Source: Candidatus Latescibacterota bacterium (lineage in GTDB: Bacteria; Latescibacterota; UBA2968; UBA8231). From it: a stretch of 64,000 nucleotides of DNA. The first letter of the stretch is position 1; each line of letters starts with the position of its first letter. The notes under the pieces are model-generated. The model was not told where the DNA came from. It did not search any database and saw only the letters and a program-made list of their open reading frames with translations. The stretch covers positions 1,152,001 through 1,216,000 of the forward strand of contig CBDAOB010000005.1 of NCBI GenBank assembly GCA_965197905.1. Reading direction: 5' to 3'. Positions 20,107 through 29,821 of the stretch are shown here, piece by piece. The position numbers and the translations under genes are program-made.

Positions 20107-20996
20107 TGAGCGCCAGGCGACTCAGTGGCAAGAAGATTTCCGCCGAGATGCGGGAAGAGATGAGGCTGGAGGTGGCAGCTCTGTTCGAGGAGCAGGGCCT
20201 CGTACCCGGGCTCGCGGTTGTGCTGGTAGGGCACGACCCGGCCTCCATCTCCTACGTGGACAGCAAGCGTCAGGCGTGCGCCGACGTCGGTCTCAACTCT
20301 GTAGAACGCCGACTGGATGCGGATGTTTCTACCGAAACGGTGCTGCAGGTAATTGCGGAGCTCAACACAGACCATGATATACACGGAATTCTGGTGCAGT
20401 TGCCATTGCCGGCACAGGATGAGCAGCAGGTTCTCAGCGCCGTCCAACCCGATAAGGATGTGGATGGGCTCCACCCGGTGAATCTGGGGCGGTTGATGCG
20501 GGAAGAGCGGGGGTTCTTGCCCTGCACCCCGTTCGGCATTCAGCAGATGTTGGTCCGCGCCGACGTCCCGGTGGAGGGCAAGCATGTGGTGGTTGTGGGT
20601 CGCAGCACCCTCGTGGGACGACCCGTGGCAAACATCCTTTTGCAAAAGAAACCCGGTGCCAATGCCACGGTAACCTTATGCCATACCGGAACGGTCAATT
20701 TGTCCAACTTCACGCGCCAGGCCGATGTTCTCATCGTCGCCGCAGGCCGACCCGACACGATCACGGCCGACATGGTGAAGGAGGGGGTAGTGGTGATCGA
20801 CGTCGGCGTCAACAAGGTGGATGCCCCGGATCGCGAGCGGGGATGGCGGCTCGTGGGGGACGTGGCCTACGAGGAGGTGAGGGGCAAGGCAGCGGCCATC
20901 ACGCCGGTTCCCGGCGGGGTGGGACCGATGACCATTACGATGCTGCTGCAGAATACGATCCTCGCGGCCAAATGGGCCCAGGACCTCGCTCCCTAA
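20106..20996 (+). CDS. folD: Bifunctional methylene-THF dehydrogenase/cyclohydrolase
   Basis: PGLAVVLVG, HGILVQLPLP, KDVDGLHP, PCTP, TPVPGGVGPMT. Confidence 0.96.
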   Translation: MSARRLSGKKISAEMREEMRLEVAALFEEQGLVPGLAVVLVGHDPASISYVDSKRQACADVGLNSVERRLDADVSTETVLQVIAELNTDHDIHGILVQLPLPAQDEQQVLSAVQPDKDVDGLHPVNLGRLMREERGFLPCTPFGIQQMLVRADVPVEGKHVVVVGRSTLVGRPVANILLQKKPGANATVTLCHTGTVNLSNFTRQADVLIVAAGRPDTITADMVKEGVVVIDVGVNKVDAPDRERGWRLVGDVAYEEVRGKAAAITPVPGGVGPMTITMLLQNTILAAKWAQDLAP

Positions 20997-21026
20997 CCTA
21001 TTTTTCGAACCATTAGAGATGAGAGT

Positions 21027-23114
21027 GTGACTGGCAACAATCTTCGCATCGGCGCCGATGTAGGCGGCACCTTCACCGATGTGCTGCTTATGGATTCCAA
21101 CGGCAAGATCTGGACGCAGAAAGTGCCGTCCACGCCGCCAGACTTCGAGCGCGCCGTGCTCGAAGCTTCCCAGTTGTTGTTGCACAAGGCCGAAACCTCC
21201 GGCGATGCCGTGAGCCAAGTTGCCCACGGCACGACCGTCGCGACCAATGCTGTACTAGAACACCGGGGAGCGAAGACCGCCCTGATCACGACCCGGGGAT
21301 TTCGCGACGTCTTGGAATTGCGGCGCATCAGAGCGCCGCAGATCTACGATCTATTTTTCGACAAACCCGACATTCTGGTGGAGCGTTATCTGCGCTTCGA
21401 AGTGACCGAGCGGATCGCAGTGGATGGCGAGGTGCTCATCCCGCTCCAGGAAGCGGATCTGGAGAAAATCGTCCTGCGCATGGAGACCGAGGCGGTGGAA
21501 TCGATCGCCGTCTGTTTCTTGCACGCCTATGCCTTTCCCCAACACGAGATCGCGGTGGGGGAGTTCCTGCGCACGCGGTTTCCTGAGATGCCGATCTCTC
21601 TCTCCCATGAGGTGCTGCCCGAACGCAAGGAGTACGAACGTACGGCGACGACCGTGGTGAATGCCTACGTGCGGCCGATCATGCGCGGATACCTCGTCAA
21701 CATGCGCGCCGGGCTGAGCCTGCAGGAGATCGAAGCCCCGCTCCACATCATGCAATCGGCCGGCGGATTGACTCCGGACGACGACGCGGCGCTGCGCCCG
21801 GTCTTCATGCTCGAGTCGGGGCCGGCCGCTGGAGTGCTGGCCGCGGGGTTCACTGCACGCCGCATGGGTGTGGACAACGTCATTACCCTCGACATGGGAG
21901 GCACCACTGCGAAGGCGTCCATGATCGAGAACGGCCGCATCGACTACAGCCCTGAATACGAGGTTGGATCCTCCCTGTCGGTGGTGAACCGCCTGGTCGG
22001 GGGGGGCGGCGAGCTGATTCGAGCTCCCAGTATCGATATCGCCGAGGTCGGGGCGGGCGGCGGGAGCATTGCGTACCTGGACAGTGCCGGCGGTCTTCGG
22101 GTTGGGCCCCGTAGCGCCGGCGCAATTCCCGGTCCGGTCTGCTACCAACGCGGGGGCACCGAACCGACGCTCACTGACGCAAACGTGGTTCTCGGTTATA
22201 TACGTCCCGGCGATCTGGCCGACGGCGAAGTCAGCATCGACCGCGAAGCAGCCGAGCGCTCGATTGCGGACAAGATCGCCCGGCCGCTGGGAATGGACCT
22301 CATCCAGGCGGCGGAAGGAATCCACCGGATAGGCAACGCCCGGACCATGCGAGCGCTACGTGCAGTTTCTACCGAACGCGGCCGCGATCCGCGCCGTTTC
22401 ATTCTCATGGGTTTCGGCGGCTCCGGGCCGATTCATGTGGCGGGTCTCGCCGCCGAGCTGGGGATCTCGCGGGTGATCATACCGCCGCTTCCAGGGTTGT
22501 TCAGCGCTCTGGGATTACTGTTTTCGGGGATCGAACATCACGATGTACGCAGCTGCCTGCTCTCCGGGGCCGGCCTGAATCCCGATTCGGTGGGCAAGGT
22601 GGTGAACGAGATGCGAACCCAGATGCTGCGCCAGTTTGGTGAGGAGGGATTCTCTTCCGAAGACGTCGAGCTCGATTGCGAATGCGACATGCGTTTCAGG
22701 GGACAGACGTCGGAAATCCGGTTGGATTTGGTTCCTGGCCAGATCGATGAGCGCTCTATCTCGACCTTGCACCAGGCATTCACCGAAGAACACGAGCAAC
22801 TCTACGGGCACCGCTCTGATCCGGACAACCCAATCGAGGTAGTGGCCGTCCGACTCATCGGTCGCGCCGGGGTGCCGGACCGCGAAGGTTCCATGGAACC
22901 GGCCGAATATCTCGGCGTTGCGGCATCACGGCGAGAGGCCTGTTTTTCCGGCACCGTTAGGGAAACCCACATCGTGACCCGGCGCGATCTGGCATGCACG
23001 CTCGAGGGGCCTCTGTTGGTCGACGAATACGACTCCACCATCGTGATCCCTCCCGGTGCCAGCGCTCATCTGGACGAGTTCGGTAACATTGTCATGGAGA
23101 TGCACAATGCCTGA
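21027..23114 (+). CDS. Hydantoinase/5-oxoprolinase A subunit (ATP-dependent)
   Basis: DVGGTFTD, HGTTVATN, ESGPAAG, DMGGTT, GAGGGS, GPRSAGA.PGP. Confidence 0.92.
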   Translation: MTGNNLRIGADVGGTFTDVLLMDSNGKIWTQKVPSTPPDFERAVLEASQLLLHKAETSGDAVSQVAHGTTVATNAVLEHRGAKTALITTRGFRDVLELRRIRAPQIYDLFFDKPDILVERYLRFEVTERIAVDGEVLIPLQEADLEKIVLRMETEAVESIAVCFLHAYAFPQHEIAVGEFLRTRFPEMPISLSHEVLPERKEYERTATTVVNAYVRPIMRGYLVNMRAGLSLQEIEAPLHIMQSAGGLTPDDDAALRPVFMLESGPAAGVLAAGFTARRMGVDNVITLDMGGTTAKASMIENGRIDYSPEYEVGSSLSVVNRLVGGGGELIRAPSIDIAEVGAGGGSIAYLDSAGGLRVGPRSAGAIPGPVCYQRGGTEPTLTDANVVLGYIRPGDLADGEVSIDREAAERSIADKIARPLGMDLIQAAEGIHRIGNARTMRALRAVSTERGRDPRRFILMGFGGSGPIHVAGLAAELGISRVIIPPLPGLFSALGLLFSGIEHHDVRSCLLSGAGLNPDSVGKVVNEMRTQMLRQFGEEGFSSEDVELDCECDMRFRGQTSEIRLDLVPGQIDERSISTLHQAFTEEHEQLYGHRSDPDNPIEVVAVRLIGRAGVPDREGSMEPAEYLGVAASRREACFSGTVRETHIVTRRDLACTLEGPLLVDEYDSTIVIPPGASAHLDEFGNIVMEMHNA

Positions 23115-24819
23115 GGTAGATCCGATCACCAGAGAGATCGTACAGAACGCGTTGTCGTCGGCGGCTGACGAGATGTCGCTGGGTCTGTATCGCACCGCTT
23201 ATTCCACTATCGTCCGCGACTGTTTGGACTATTCCACCTCGCTATGCAACGGCGCAGGAGAGATGATCGCCCAGGGTGTGACCATTCCGTTTCATCTCGG
23301 ATCCGTGCCCCACGCCATGGAAACCCTGCTGGAGAAATATGGTAACGAGATGGAGCCGGGGGACAGCTTCATCATGAACGACCCGTTCGGGGGCGGTATG
23401 CACATCCCCGACATCTATGTGGCCAAGCCGATTTTCTGGGAAGGCGAGCGGATCGCGTTCTCGGTGACTACCGCCCATCACCTCGATCTGGGGGGTCGAT
23501 TGCCGGGAAGCTCTGCGTGCGACAACACCGAGATCTTTCAGGAGGGATTGCGCATTCCCTGGCTGAAACTGTGCCACCGTGGCGAAGAGGACGAAGCGAT
23601 CTTCGCTTTGTTGCGAACCAATGTCAGGGTGCCGGAGAAGACCATTGGGGACCTTCGCGCCCAGATGTCGGCTGCAAACATCGGCGAGCGCTCGGTCACG
23701 CAGCTGATAGAGCGCTACGATCCTGAAACCTTCGCCGCCTGCACCGACGATCTCATCGCTTACACCGAGCGGCTGATGCGTTCGGAGATCGCCTCGTGGC
23801 CGGATGGGAGCAACAGCTTCGTCGACTACATGGACAGCGATGGCGTTCAGGGGCCGCGGGTGAAGCTGGAGGTGAAGGTGACCATCGAGGGAGACACCTT
23901 CACCGCCGACTTCACCGGCACCGACGGTCAGGTTCGTGGTGCGCTCAACGCCACCCGTTCCTTCACCGAAGGAGGCGTCGCCATGTGTGTACGGTGCGCC
24001 ACAAGGGAAGAGATGCCCAATACGGCGGGCATGTTCAAACCGTTGAATATCATCACCCAACCCGGCACGGTGGTGGACGTAGTGATGCCCGGCGCCTCCT
24101 CCATGCGGGGAGTTACCGGTTTCCGCATCGTCGATCTGGTGTTCGGCGCCATGGCCGGGTTGTTGCCCGATCGCGTGCCCGCTGCCGGGGAAGGGGGCAA
24201 TAGCCTCATGGTGATCGGCGGTCAACGTGAAGACCGTTCACCGTACGTCTATTACGAGCTCGTCACCGGAACCTGGGGTGCCCGCCCCGACCGCGACGGC
24301 AACGACGGTCTGTGCAATCCGGTGAACGTCGCCAGCAACATTCCGATCGAGCAGGCCGAAGCGGAGTATCCGGTGCGCATAAATCGGTACGGACTTGTGG
24401 ATAACTCCGGTGGCGCGGGAAAATATCGTGGCGGCCTCGCGGTCGAGCGGGAGTGGGAGCTGCTGGAAGGGGAGTCCCACCTTGCCCTGCGGACGGACCG
24501 GCGGGATCATCTGCCCTACGGGCTGTATGGGGGGTCGCCCGGTGGCGGGTCCAACACAGTGCTGACCGGGGAGGAGAAAGAAGAGGTGCTGCCGATCATG
24601 CTCTCCAGCACCATAAAAGCCGGAGAGCGACTATACCACCGCCAGGCCGGCGGCGGCGGATGGGGAGACCCGGTCGAACGGGAACCGGAGGCGGTTGCTC
24701 GCGACGTCAAGAACGGCAAGGTGTCGCCGGCGGCAGCTCGTGAGGAGTACCGCGTAGCGCTGGACTCTTCGGGTGCCGTGGACCCGGAAGCCACCAATCG
24801 CTTGCGAGCAACCAGGTGA
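23107..24819 (+). CDS. Hydantoinase/oxoprolinase B subunit
   Basis: RTAYS, NDPFGGGMH.PD, HHLDLGG..PGS, EIFQEG, SGGAGKYRGG, GGGGWGDP; ATG 23107 overlaps the A-subunit stop. Confidence 0.92.
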   Translation: MPEVDPITREIVQNALSSAADEMSLGLYRTAYSTIVRDCLDYSTSLCNGAGEMIAQGVTIPFHLGSVPHAMETLLEKYGNEMEPGDSFIMNDPFGGGMHIPDIYVAKPIFWEGERIAFSVTTAHHLDLGGRLPGSSACDNTEIFQEGLRIPWLKLCHRGEEDEAIFALLRTNVRVPEKTIGDLRAQMSAANIGERSVTQLIERYDPETFAACTDDLIAYTERLMRSEIASWPDGSNSFVDYMDSDGVQGPRVKLEVKVTIEGDTFTADFTGTDGQVRGALNATRSFTEGGVAMCVRCATREEMPNTAGMFKPLNIITQPGTVVDVVMPGASSMRGVTGFRIVDLVFGAMAGLLPDRVPAAGEGGNSLMVIGGQREDRSPYVYYELVTGTWGARPDRDGNDGLCNPVNVASNIPIEQAEAEYPVRINRYGLVDNSGGAGKYRGGLAVEREWELLEGESHLALRTDRRDHLPYGLYGGSPGGGSNTVLTGEEKEEVLPIMLSSTIKAGERLYHRQAGGGGWGDPVEREPEAVARDVKNGKVSPAAAREEYRVALDSSGAVDPEATNRLRATR

Positions 24820-24867
24820 TGCGCTGGGAAGGGCGCAGCGGCTCATCTTTCAGTACGCAACGAGACT

Positions 24868-26463
24868 ATGGAGTGTGACCTTCTCATTTCCGGCGGTACG
24901 GTGATCGACGGCACCGGCGCCGATGCTATGGCGGCTGATGTGGGCGTAAAGGACGGCAAGGTCCTCGCCATCGGGCGGCTGGACGAGGTTGAAACATCCC
25001 GGCGTCTGGAAGTGGAAGGCCTCCTGGTCACACCCGGTTTCATCGATATCCACAGCCATTCTGATTTGACCCTGATCCTCGATCCGCGGGCCGTTAGCTC
25101 CATCACCCAGGGAGTGACACTGGAGGTGGTCGGCAACTGCGGTCACGGTTGCGCGCCGATCAACGACGTGGAGTTGGTGCGCTCGAACATCTACGGTTGC
25201 AAGCAGGAGCACGAGCTCGACTGGACCACGATGGCGGGGTATCTGGAGCGCCTGGAGACAGGCAAACCTGCGGTGAACGTATTGAGCCTAGTTGCCAACG
25301 GGAACCTGCGTCTCGCCGCCGCTGGACTCGTGGACAGGCCATCCACGGACACTGAGCTGCAAGAAATGAAGCGGACGTTGATGCAGGGGTTGGAAGAGGG
25401 TGCGTTCGGCTACTCCACAGGGCTCGAGTACGGGCCCGAGAGAGACTGCCCCGAGCAGGAGATCGCCGAGCTCTGCAAAGTAGCGCGCCAAGCCGGAGGA
25501 TTCTACGCTACGCACACCCGAAACATCGACGGTGATCCGGCGGAGACCATCGACGAGGCGATTCGCACGGCGCGAACCGCCTCTGTCCCGCTGCAGATCT
25601 CCCACATCTCGGTGGTTTCGCGCTTGGCGGATGACGGCCGCTGGGCGATTGAACAGGCGCTCCGTCAAGTGGACGAGGCTCGCAGATCCGGGTTGGACGT
25701 GGATTTCGATATGCATACTCGCCTCTTCGGCACCACCAACCTCAGCGCCGTCTTACCCCCGTGGGCGCTGGAGGGTACGAAAGCAGAGATCGGTAGCCGA
25801 CTGGGAAACGCCAGCACGCGCCGGGAGCTGAAAGCGAGTCCGAACATCATCTCGGCGCTGGCTCGGGGCGACTGGAGCCGCATCGTCATCTTCCACAGCA
25901 AATTCAATCCCGATCTGGCTACCAAAAGCATTGCCGAAATCAGCGACGGCCGTGGCCGTGAGCCACTCGATGCGATCTACGACATTCTGAGCGCGGAGGT
26001 TGAGGATCTGCACAGTACCATGATCGTCGCTTTTACCTACAACGAGGAGGACGTGCGCGTCGTCTTCGAGCATCCAAGATGTATGATCGGTTCAGACGCC
26101 ACCGCGCTGGCTCCAGATGGACCGCTGGCAGGCTCTTCCTTCCACGGGGCGTACACCTGGGCGTCGTGGTTCTTTCGTTATTTCGTGCACGAGAAGGGGA
26201 TCCTCACTCAGGAGGAAGCAGTGCGCCGATTGACCTCGTTGCCCGCCGACCGATTGGGGCTTGCGGATCGTGGGGTCTTGAAAGAGGGCAGCTCTGCCGA
26301 CGTGGCGGTTTTCGACCCAACCCAGTTCAAGGAACGGGGTACCACCTTCGAGCCGAACCAGACGGCGAGCGGCATGACCCATGTTATCGTGAACGGGGAG
26401 TTGGCGGTTGAGAACGGGGAGTTGACCGGGAACCGGTCAGGTCACGTTTTGCGTCGTAGCTAG
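24868..26463 (+). CDS. N-acyl-D-amino-acid deacylase (amidohydrolase family)
   Basis: TPGFIDIHSHSD, QGVT..VVGNCG, GYSTGLEY, IGSD. Confidence 0.9.
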   Translation: MECDLLISGGTVIDGTGADAMAADVGVKDGKVLAIGRLDEVETSRRLEVEGLLVTPGFIDIHSHSDLTLILDPRAVSSITQGVTLEVVGNCGHGCAPINDVELVRSNIYGCKQEHELDWTTMAGYLERLETGKPAVNVLSLVANGNLRLAAAGLVDRPSTDTELQEMKRTLMQGLEEGAFGYSTGLEYGPERDCPEQEIAELCKVARQAGGFYATHTRNIDGDPAETIDEAIRTARTASVPLQISHISVVSRLADDGRWAIEQALRQVDEARRSGLDVDFDMHTRLFGTTNLSAVLPPWALEGTKAEIGSRLGNASTRRELKASPNIISALARGDWSRIVIFHSKFNPDLATKSIAEISDGRGREPLDAIYDILSAEVEDLHSTMIVAFTYNEEDVRVVFEHPRCMIGSDATALAPDGPLAGSSFHGAYTWASWFFRYFVHEKGILTQEEAVRRLTSLPADRLGLADRGVLKEGSSADVAVFDPTQFKERGTTFEPNQTASGMTHVIVNGELAVENGELTGNRSGHVLRRS

Positions 26464-26477
26464 CGACGGTCGCGGCC

Positions 26478-27515
26478 TCACAGCCGCACCTCGGCTCCGG
26501 TGGTCGCGGATTCGTAAACCCCGTTGACGATCTTCTGCACTGCGATCGCCTCGTCGAAGCTAACCGCCGGATCCATATTGCCTTTCATCGCCTCCACAAA
26601 CACTCTGTGCTGTTCGACCTGACGCTTCTCGTGTTCCGGCTCGTGTTCCAAGATCAACTGCCGCACCTTTTCCCTTTCTTCCAGTTCCACGATACAGCCA
26701 TCTTCCTTGACCCGAATGACTCCCTCGATCCCGTTGATCTCCACCCCTGCGGGTTCGGAGCATGGGTGCAGAAGCCAGCTCCCCTCCAAGGACATGGAGC
26801 TGCCATCTGCGAACCGCACGTGGGCGTGAACAAAGTCTTCCACGTCCGCGTCAGCGGCCACGCCATCGAAATGAACCAGTGGGTCGGGCATCTTGTCGAT
26901 GCGGCGAAAGGTAGAGGCGGAGACGGTAACGGGCTGGGGTGTCCCGAGGATCCACATGGCCAGATCCAGGAAATGCACAACGGTCCCAGCGAAAACTCCA
27001 CCGAGGGAGTATTCTCGACGGTGAAAGAACCTGCCGGCGGGGTATTCCATGATGTGGCCCGCCCACACGCGGGAATGGTAGACATCTCCCAGTTTCCCTA
27101 GAGCCAGGAACTGCTGCACGGCCTCGTAGAAATGCATCTGTCGGAGCTGCAGACCCATGGTGAATAGTTTGCCCGACTTTAGCGCCGCGTCTCGCATCGA
27201 TTCCGCTTCCCCCAGGCTCATGCAGAGAGGTTTCTCGCACAGTACGTGGGCCCCGGCCTCGTAGGCGGCTATGGTCTGCTCAGCGTGATAGAGCGGGGGA
27301 GAAACCACCACGACGTAGTCGGGCCGCTCGCGCTCCAGCATTTCGCGTACCTCGGTATAGGTCTGCGGAATCTGAAATTCCTTCGCCGCCGCGACCGCAG
27401 CCTCTTCATAGGGGTCGACTACGGCTGCAAGCTCGATCTCAGGAACCTCATTGAGCGATTCCATATGGACCTTGCCCATTTCTCCGGCCCCTATGACGGC
27501 CGCCTTTATAGCCAT
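26478..27515 (-). CDS. Gfo/Idh/MocA family oxidoreductase
   Basis: VIGAG.MG Rossmann motif, HVLCEKP, VHFLD. Confidence 0.9.
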   Translation of the reverse strand: MAIKAAVIGAGEMGKVHMESLNEVPEIELAAVVDPYEEAAVAAAKEFQIPQTYTEVREMLERERPDYVVVVSPPLYHAEQTIAAYEAGAHVLCEKPLCMSLGEAESMRDAALKSGKLFTMGLQLRQMHFYEAVQQFLALGKLGDVYHSRVWAGHIMEYPAGRFFHRREYSLGGVFAGTVVHFLDLAMWILGTPQPVTVSASTFRRIDKMPDPLVHFDGVAADADVEDFVHAHVRFADGSSMSLEGSWLLHPCSEPAGVEINGIEGVIRVKEDGCIVELEEREKVRQLILEHEPEHEKRQVEQHRVFVEAMKGNMDPAVSFDEAIAVQKIVNGVYESATTGAEVRL

Positions 27516-27530
27516 CGACCATTCTCCATG

Positions 27531-28310
27531 TTATAGGGTAGAGGTCTTTGCCCGGACCTCTGTGGTAATATCGTCCATGGCACGGATCAGGAGTTCGAAG
27601 TCGTTCCCCATCTGCAGCCAATCTACACCGCGGCGCACCTGATTTGCTGCAAACTCCGCGTCAATGGGCATGCCCGAGCCGACGAAAACCCCGGCAGCCG
27701 AGGCGGCGGCAATTACGGTCTCCATGGCGGTAACCACAGTCGGGTGTTCCACATCGCCAAGCATGCCCAGGGATCCGGAGAGATCGTAGGGCCCTAGGAC
27801 CACGGAATCCAGGCCCGGGATCGCAACGATCTGTTCGATCTCGGCAACCGCTCCGGCGGTCTCGATCATCACAGCCGCGAAAACGCCGGCGTTGGCTCTT
27901 GCGACATATGCCTCGCCTCGTCGACCGTAGTCGGTGGGAATCATGGGGCCAAACCCGCGGCTTCCCTGCGGCGGGTAGCGACATTCCGCCACCGCCTGGC
28001 GCACCTGTTCGGCCGATTCGAGCTGGGGCACGATTATGCCGTGGGCTCCGGCGTCGAGGACCGGTTTGATCTGTTCCGGGCTGGCGCCAGCCACCCGGAC
28101 AAGTGCCGGTTTCGATCTGCTGCGAATGGCGAGCAAGTGTGTCCTGAGCGATTCGGGATTGAGCGGCGAGTGCTCCTGGTCGATCCACAGGAAATCCACC
28201 GAATCCGCCAGGGCTTCGCTAACCAGCGGGTCGGCAATGGCGATGCTGGTCCCGATTGCCAGCTCGCCGTCTGCGAGTTGTTGTTTCAAACGTTCAATGG
28301 GTTCGAACAT
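27531..28310 (-). CDS. HpcH/HpaI aldolase family protein
   Basis: WIDQEH, LDAGA.GIIVP, RYPPQGSRG, MIET, GPYDLS; ATG 28310 with AGGAG RBS. Confidence 0.9.
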   Translation of the reverse strand: MFEPIERLKQQLADGELAIGTSIAIADPLVSEALADSVDFLWIDQEHSPLNPESLRTHLLAIRSRSKPALVRVAGASPEQIKPVLDAGAHGIIVPQLESAEQVRQAVAECRYPPQGSRGFGPMIPTDYGRRGEAYVARANAGVFAAVMIETAGAVAEIEQIVAIPGLDSVVLGPYDLSGSLGMLGDVEHPTVVTAMETVIAAASAAGVFVGSGMPIDAEFAANQVRRGVDWLQMGNDFELLIRAMDDITTEVRAKTSTL

Positions 28311-28529
28311 CAAGTCTCCTAAGCTGAAGTCGCCTGAAACTGCCGAGTGGCCATGCGAGTCATGCGGGGCAGAACATAGGAACAAATCCAGGGTCGAGCA
28401 TCGGTCCTCAGCCCGGCCGAGCATCGCTCTCCTTCAAGGTGAATGTCTTGCGCGACGCTATGGTGATCGCAGCTTGCCGGGCGAGTTTGGTGCGGGTAGT
28501 TTCCCATTAGTCCGAAGCCGGAATCATTC

Positions 28530-29477
28530 ATGCGTGAAAAAGGACAGGTAGCACCGGTGGCATTCAAGTTCGAGCCGGGTGAAAACCCTTCGACAGCCGT
28601 CAGAAGGGTGGCTTCGGAACAGCTGCGTCTGGCGATCGATCACCTCAACTGCACCGATGACAGGCGGGACAGGCATGTCCACGAGGCTCGCAAAAGTATG
28701 AAACGGCTGCGTGGATTGGTACGCCTGGTCCGCGCCGACCTGGGAGCGGACAACTACATGCGCGAAAATGCCACCTTCCGCGATGCCGCGGGTTTGATAT
28801 CCGGTCTCCGCGATGCCGCGGTCCGGGTGCAGACCCTGGACAAGCTGATCGAGTATTGCGCTCCGGACATTCCCCGAAGCGGTTTCTCCGCAGTGCGCCT
28901 ATGGCTCGTGCAGCGACGCAGGAATGCCTATTCGAGGGTTGCGACTGATAGCCGGGCCGTACAAACCATAGTTCGAGAGTTGGAACGGGCCCACGATCGG
29001 GTTGTGTCCTGGTCCTTCTCTCAGCGCGATTGGGAGGGCGTGGGTGCGGGATTGAAACGGACGTACGCCAAAGGTCGGAGAGAGTACCGGCTGATCTATC
29101 GAGATCCCAGCGATGAAGGCCTGCACAACTGGCGCAAGTCGGTGAAATATCTGTGGTATCATGTACAGCTGTTGGGGGACTCAGACCCGGTTGCGCTTGG
29201 GGTTATGGTCGAGGAGCTGGACCATCTGGGCGAGCTCTTGGGCGACGACCATGATCTCGCCCTGCTCGAAGGGACCCTGACGGAGGCGTATCCAAGGGGG
29301 CATGGACCATCGACGATCAGAGCCCTGCGCAGGAGAATCTCCCAGAAGCGACGACAGCTGCAACAGGCGGCTCGAGCGCTCGGGTCGCGTGTCTATCTCG
29401 AAAAACCGAGGACCTTCCAGGTTAGGTTGCAGAGAACCTGGCCTGGTCGGAATCAAGATCATGTGCCGCAAGCGTAG
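28530..29477 (+). CDS. CHAD domain protein (polyphosphate-binding family)
   Basis: VHEARKSMKRLR, LRDA, LHNWRK.VKYLWY, LGDDHDL. Confidence 0.88.
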   Translation: MREKGQVAPVAFKFEPGENPSTAVRRVASEQLRLAIDHLNCTDDRRDRHVHEARKSMKRLRGLVRLVRADLGADNYMRENATFRDAAGLISGLRDAAVRVQTLDKLIEYCAPDIPRSGFSAVRLWLVQRRRNAYSRVATDSRAVQTIVRELERAHDRVVSWSFSQRDWEGVGAGLKRTYAKGRREYRLIYRDPSDEGLHNWRKSVKYLWYHVQLLGDSDPVALGVMVEELDHLGELLGDDHDLALLEGTLTEAYPRGHGPSTIRALRRRISQKRRQLQQAARALGSRVYLEKPRTFQVRLQRTWPGRNQDHVPQA

Positions 29478-29539
29478 GTCGGAAAGCCATGAGACGGGCG
29501 CCGGCTCCACGCAACCGCGTGCAAGAATCTTGCCGAATA

Positions 29540-29574
29540 CTCAGAATTCCGAGTTCCTCTCTCAGTTTTTCGAC
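29540..29574. promoter_or_regulatory. Candidate tandem upstream activator boxes (CTCAG-W4-CTGAG-like)
   Basis: CTCAGAATTCCGAG (29540-29553) and CTCAGTTTTTCGAC (29561-29574), 21 bp apart and 100-130 bp upstream of a sigma-54 promoter. Confidence 0.5.
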
Positions 29575-29671
29575 ACCCGTGACGAAGACAGACGGCGCAT
29601 CCCTTCCAACTATCCCGCATGGATCGGGCCAACCTCTCTCTGCGCAGGCGTTGCTGTTCTGCGGCCATGGC

Positions 29672-29686
29672 TGGCACGCAGCTTGC
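29672..29686 (+). promoter_or_regulatory. Sigma-54 (-24/-12) promoter
   Basis: TGGCAC-GCAGC-TTGC matches TGGCAC-N5-TTGC and lies upstream of an operon encoding a sigma-54 activator. Confidence 0.7.
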
Positions 29687-29821
29687 CTATGCAATTGACC
29701 GAAAACAGGAAAACCAGAATGTTCGCCGGCTGCGGCTCTTGCTTGTCGGCTATACCAAATACCGGTAGTTTTGTGTAAATAAAGGATATACGCCCGATTC
29801 TCAGAGCCGAAAGCGCAGTCT

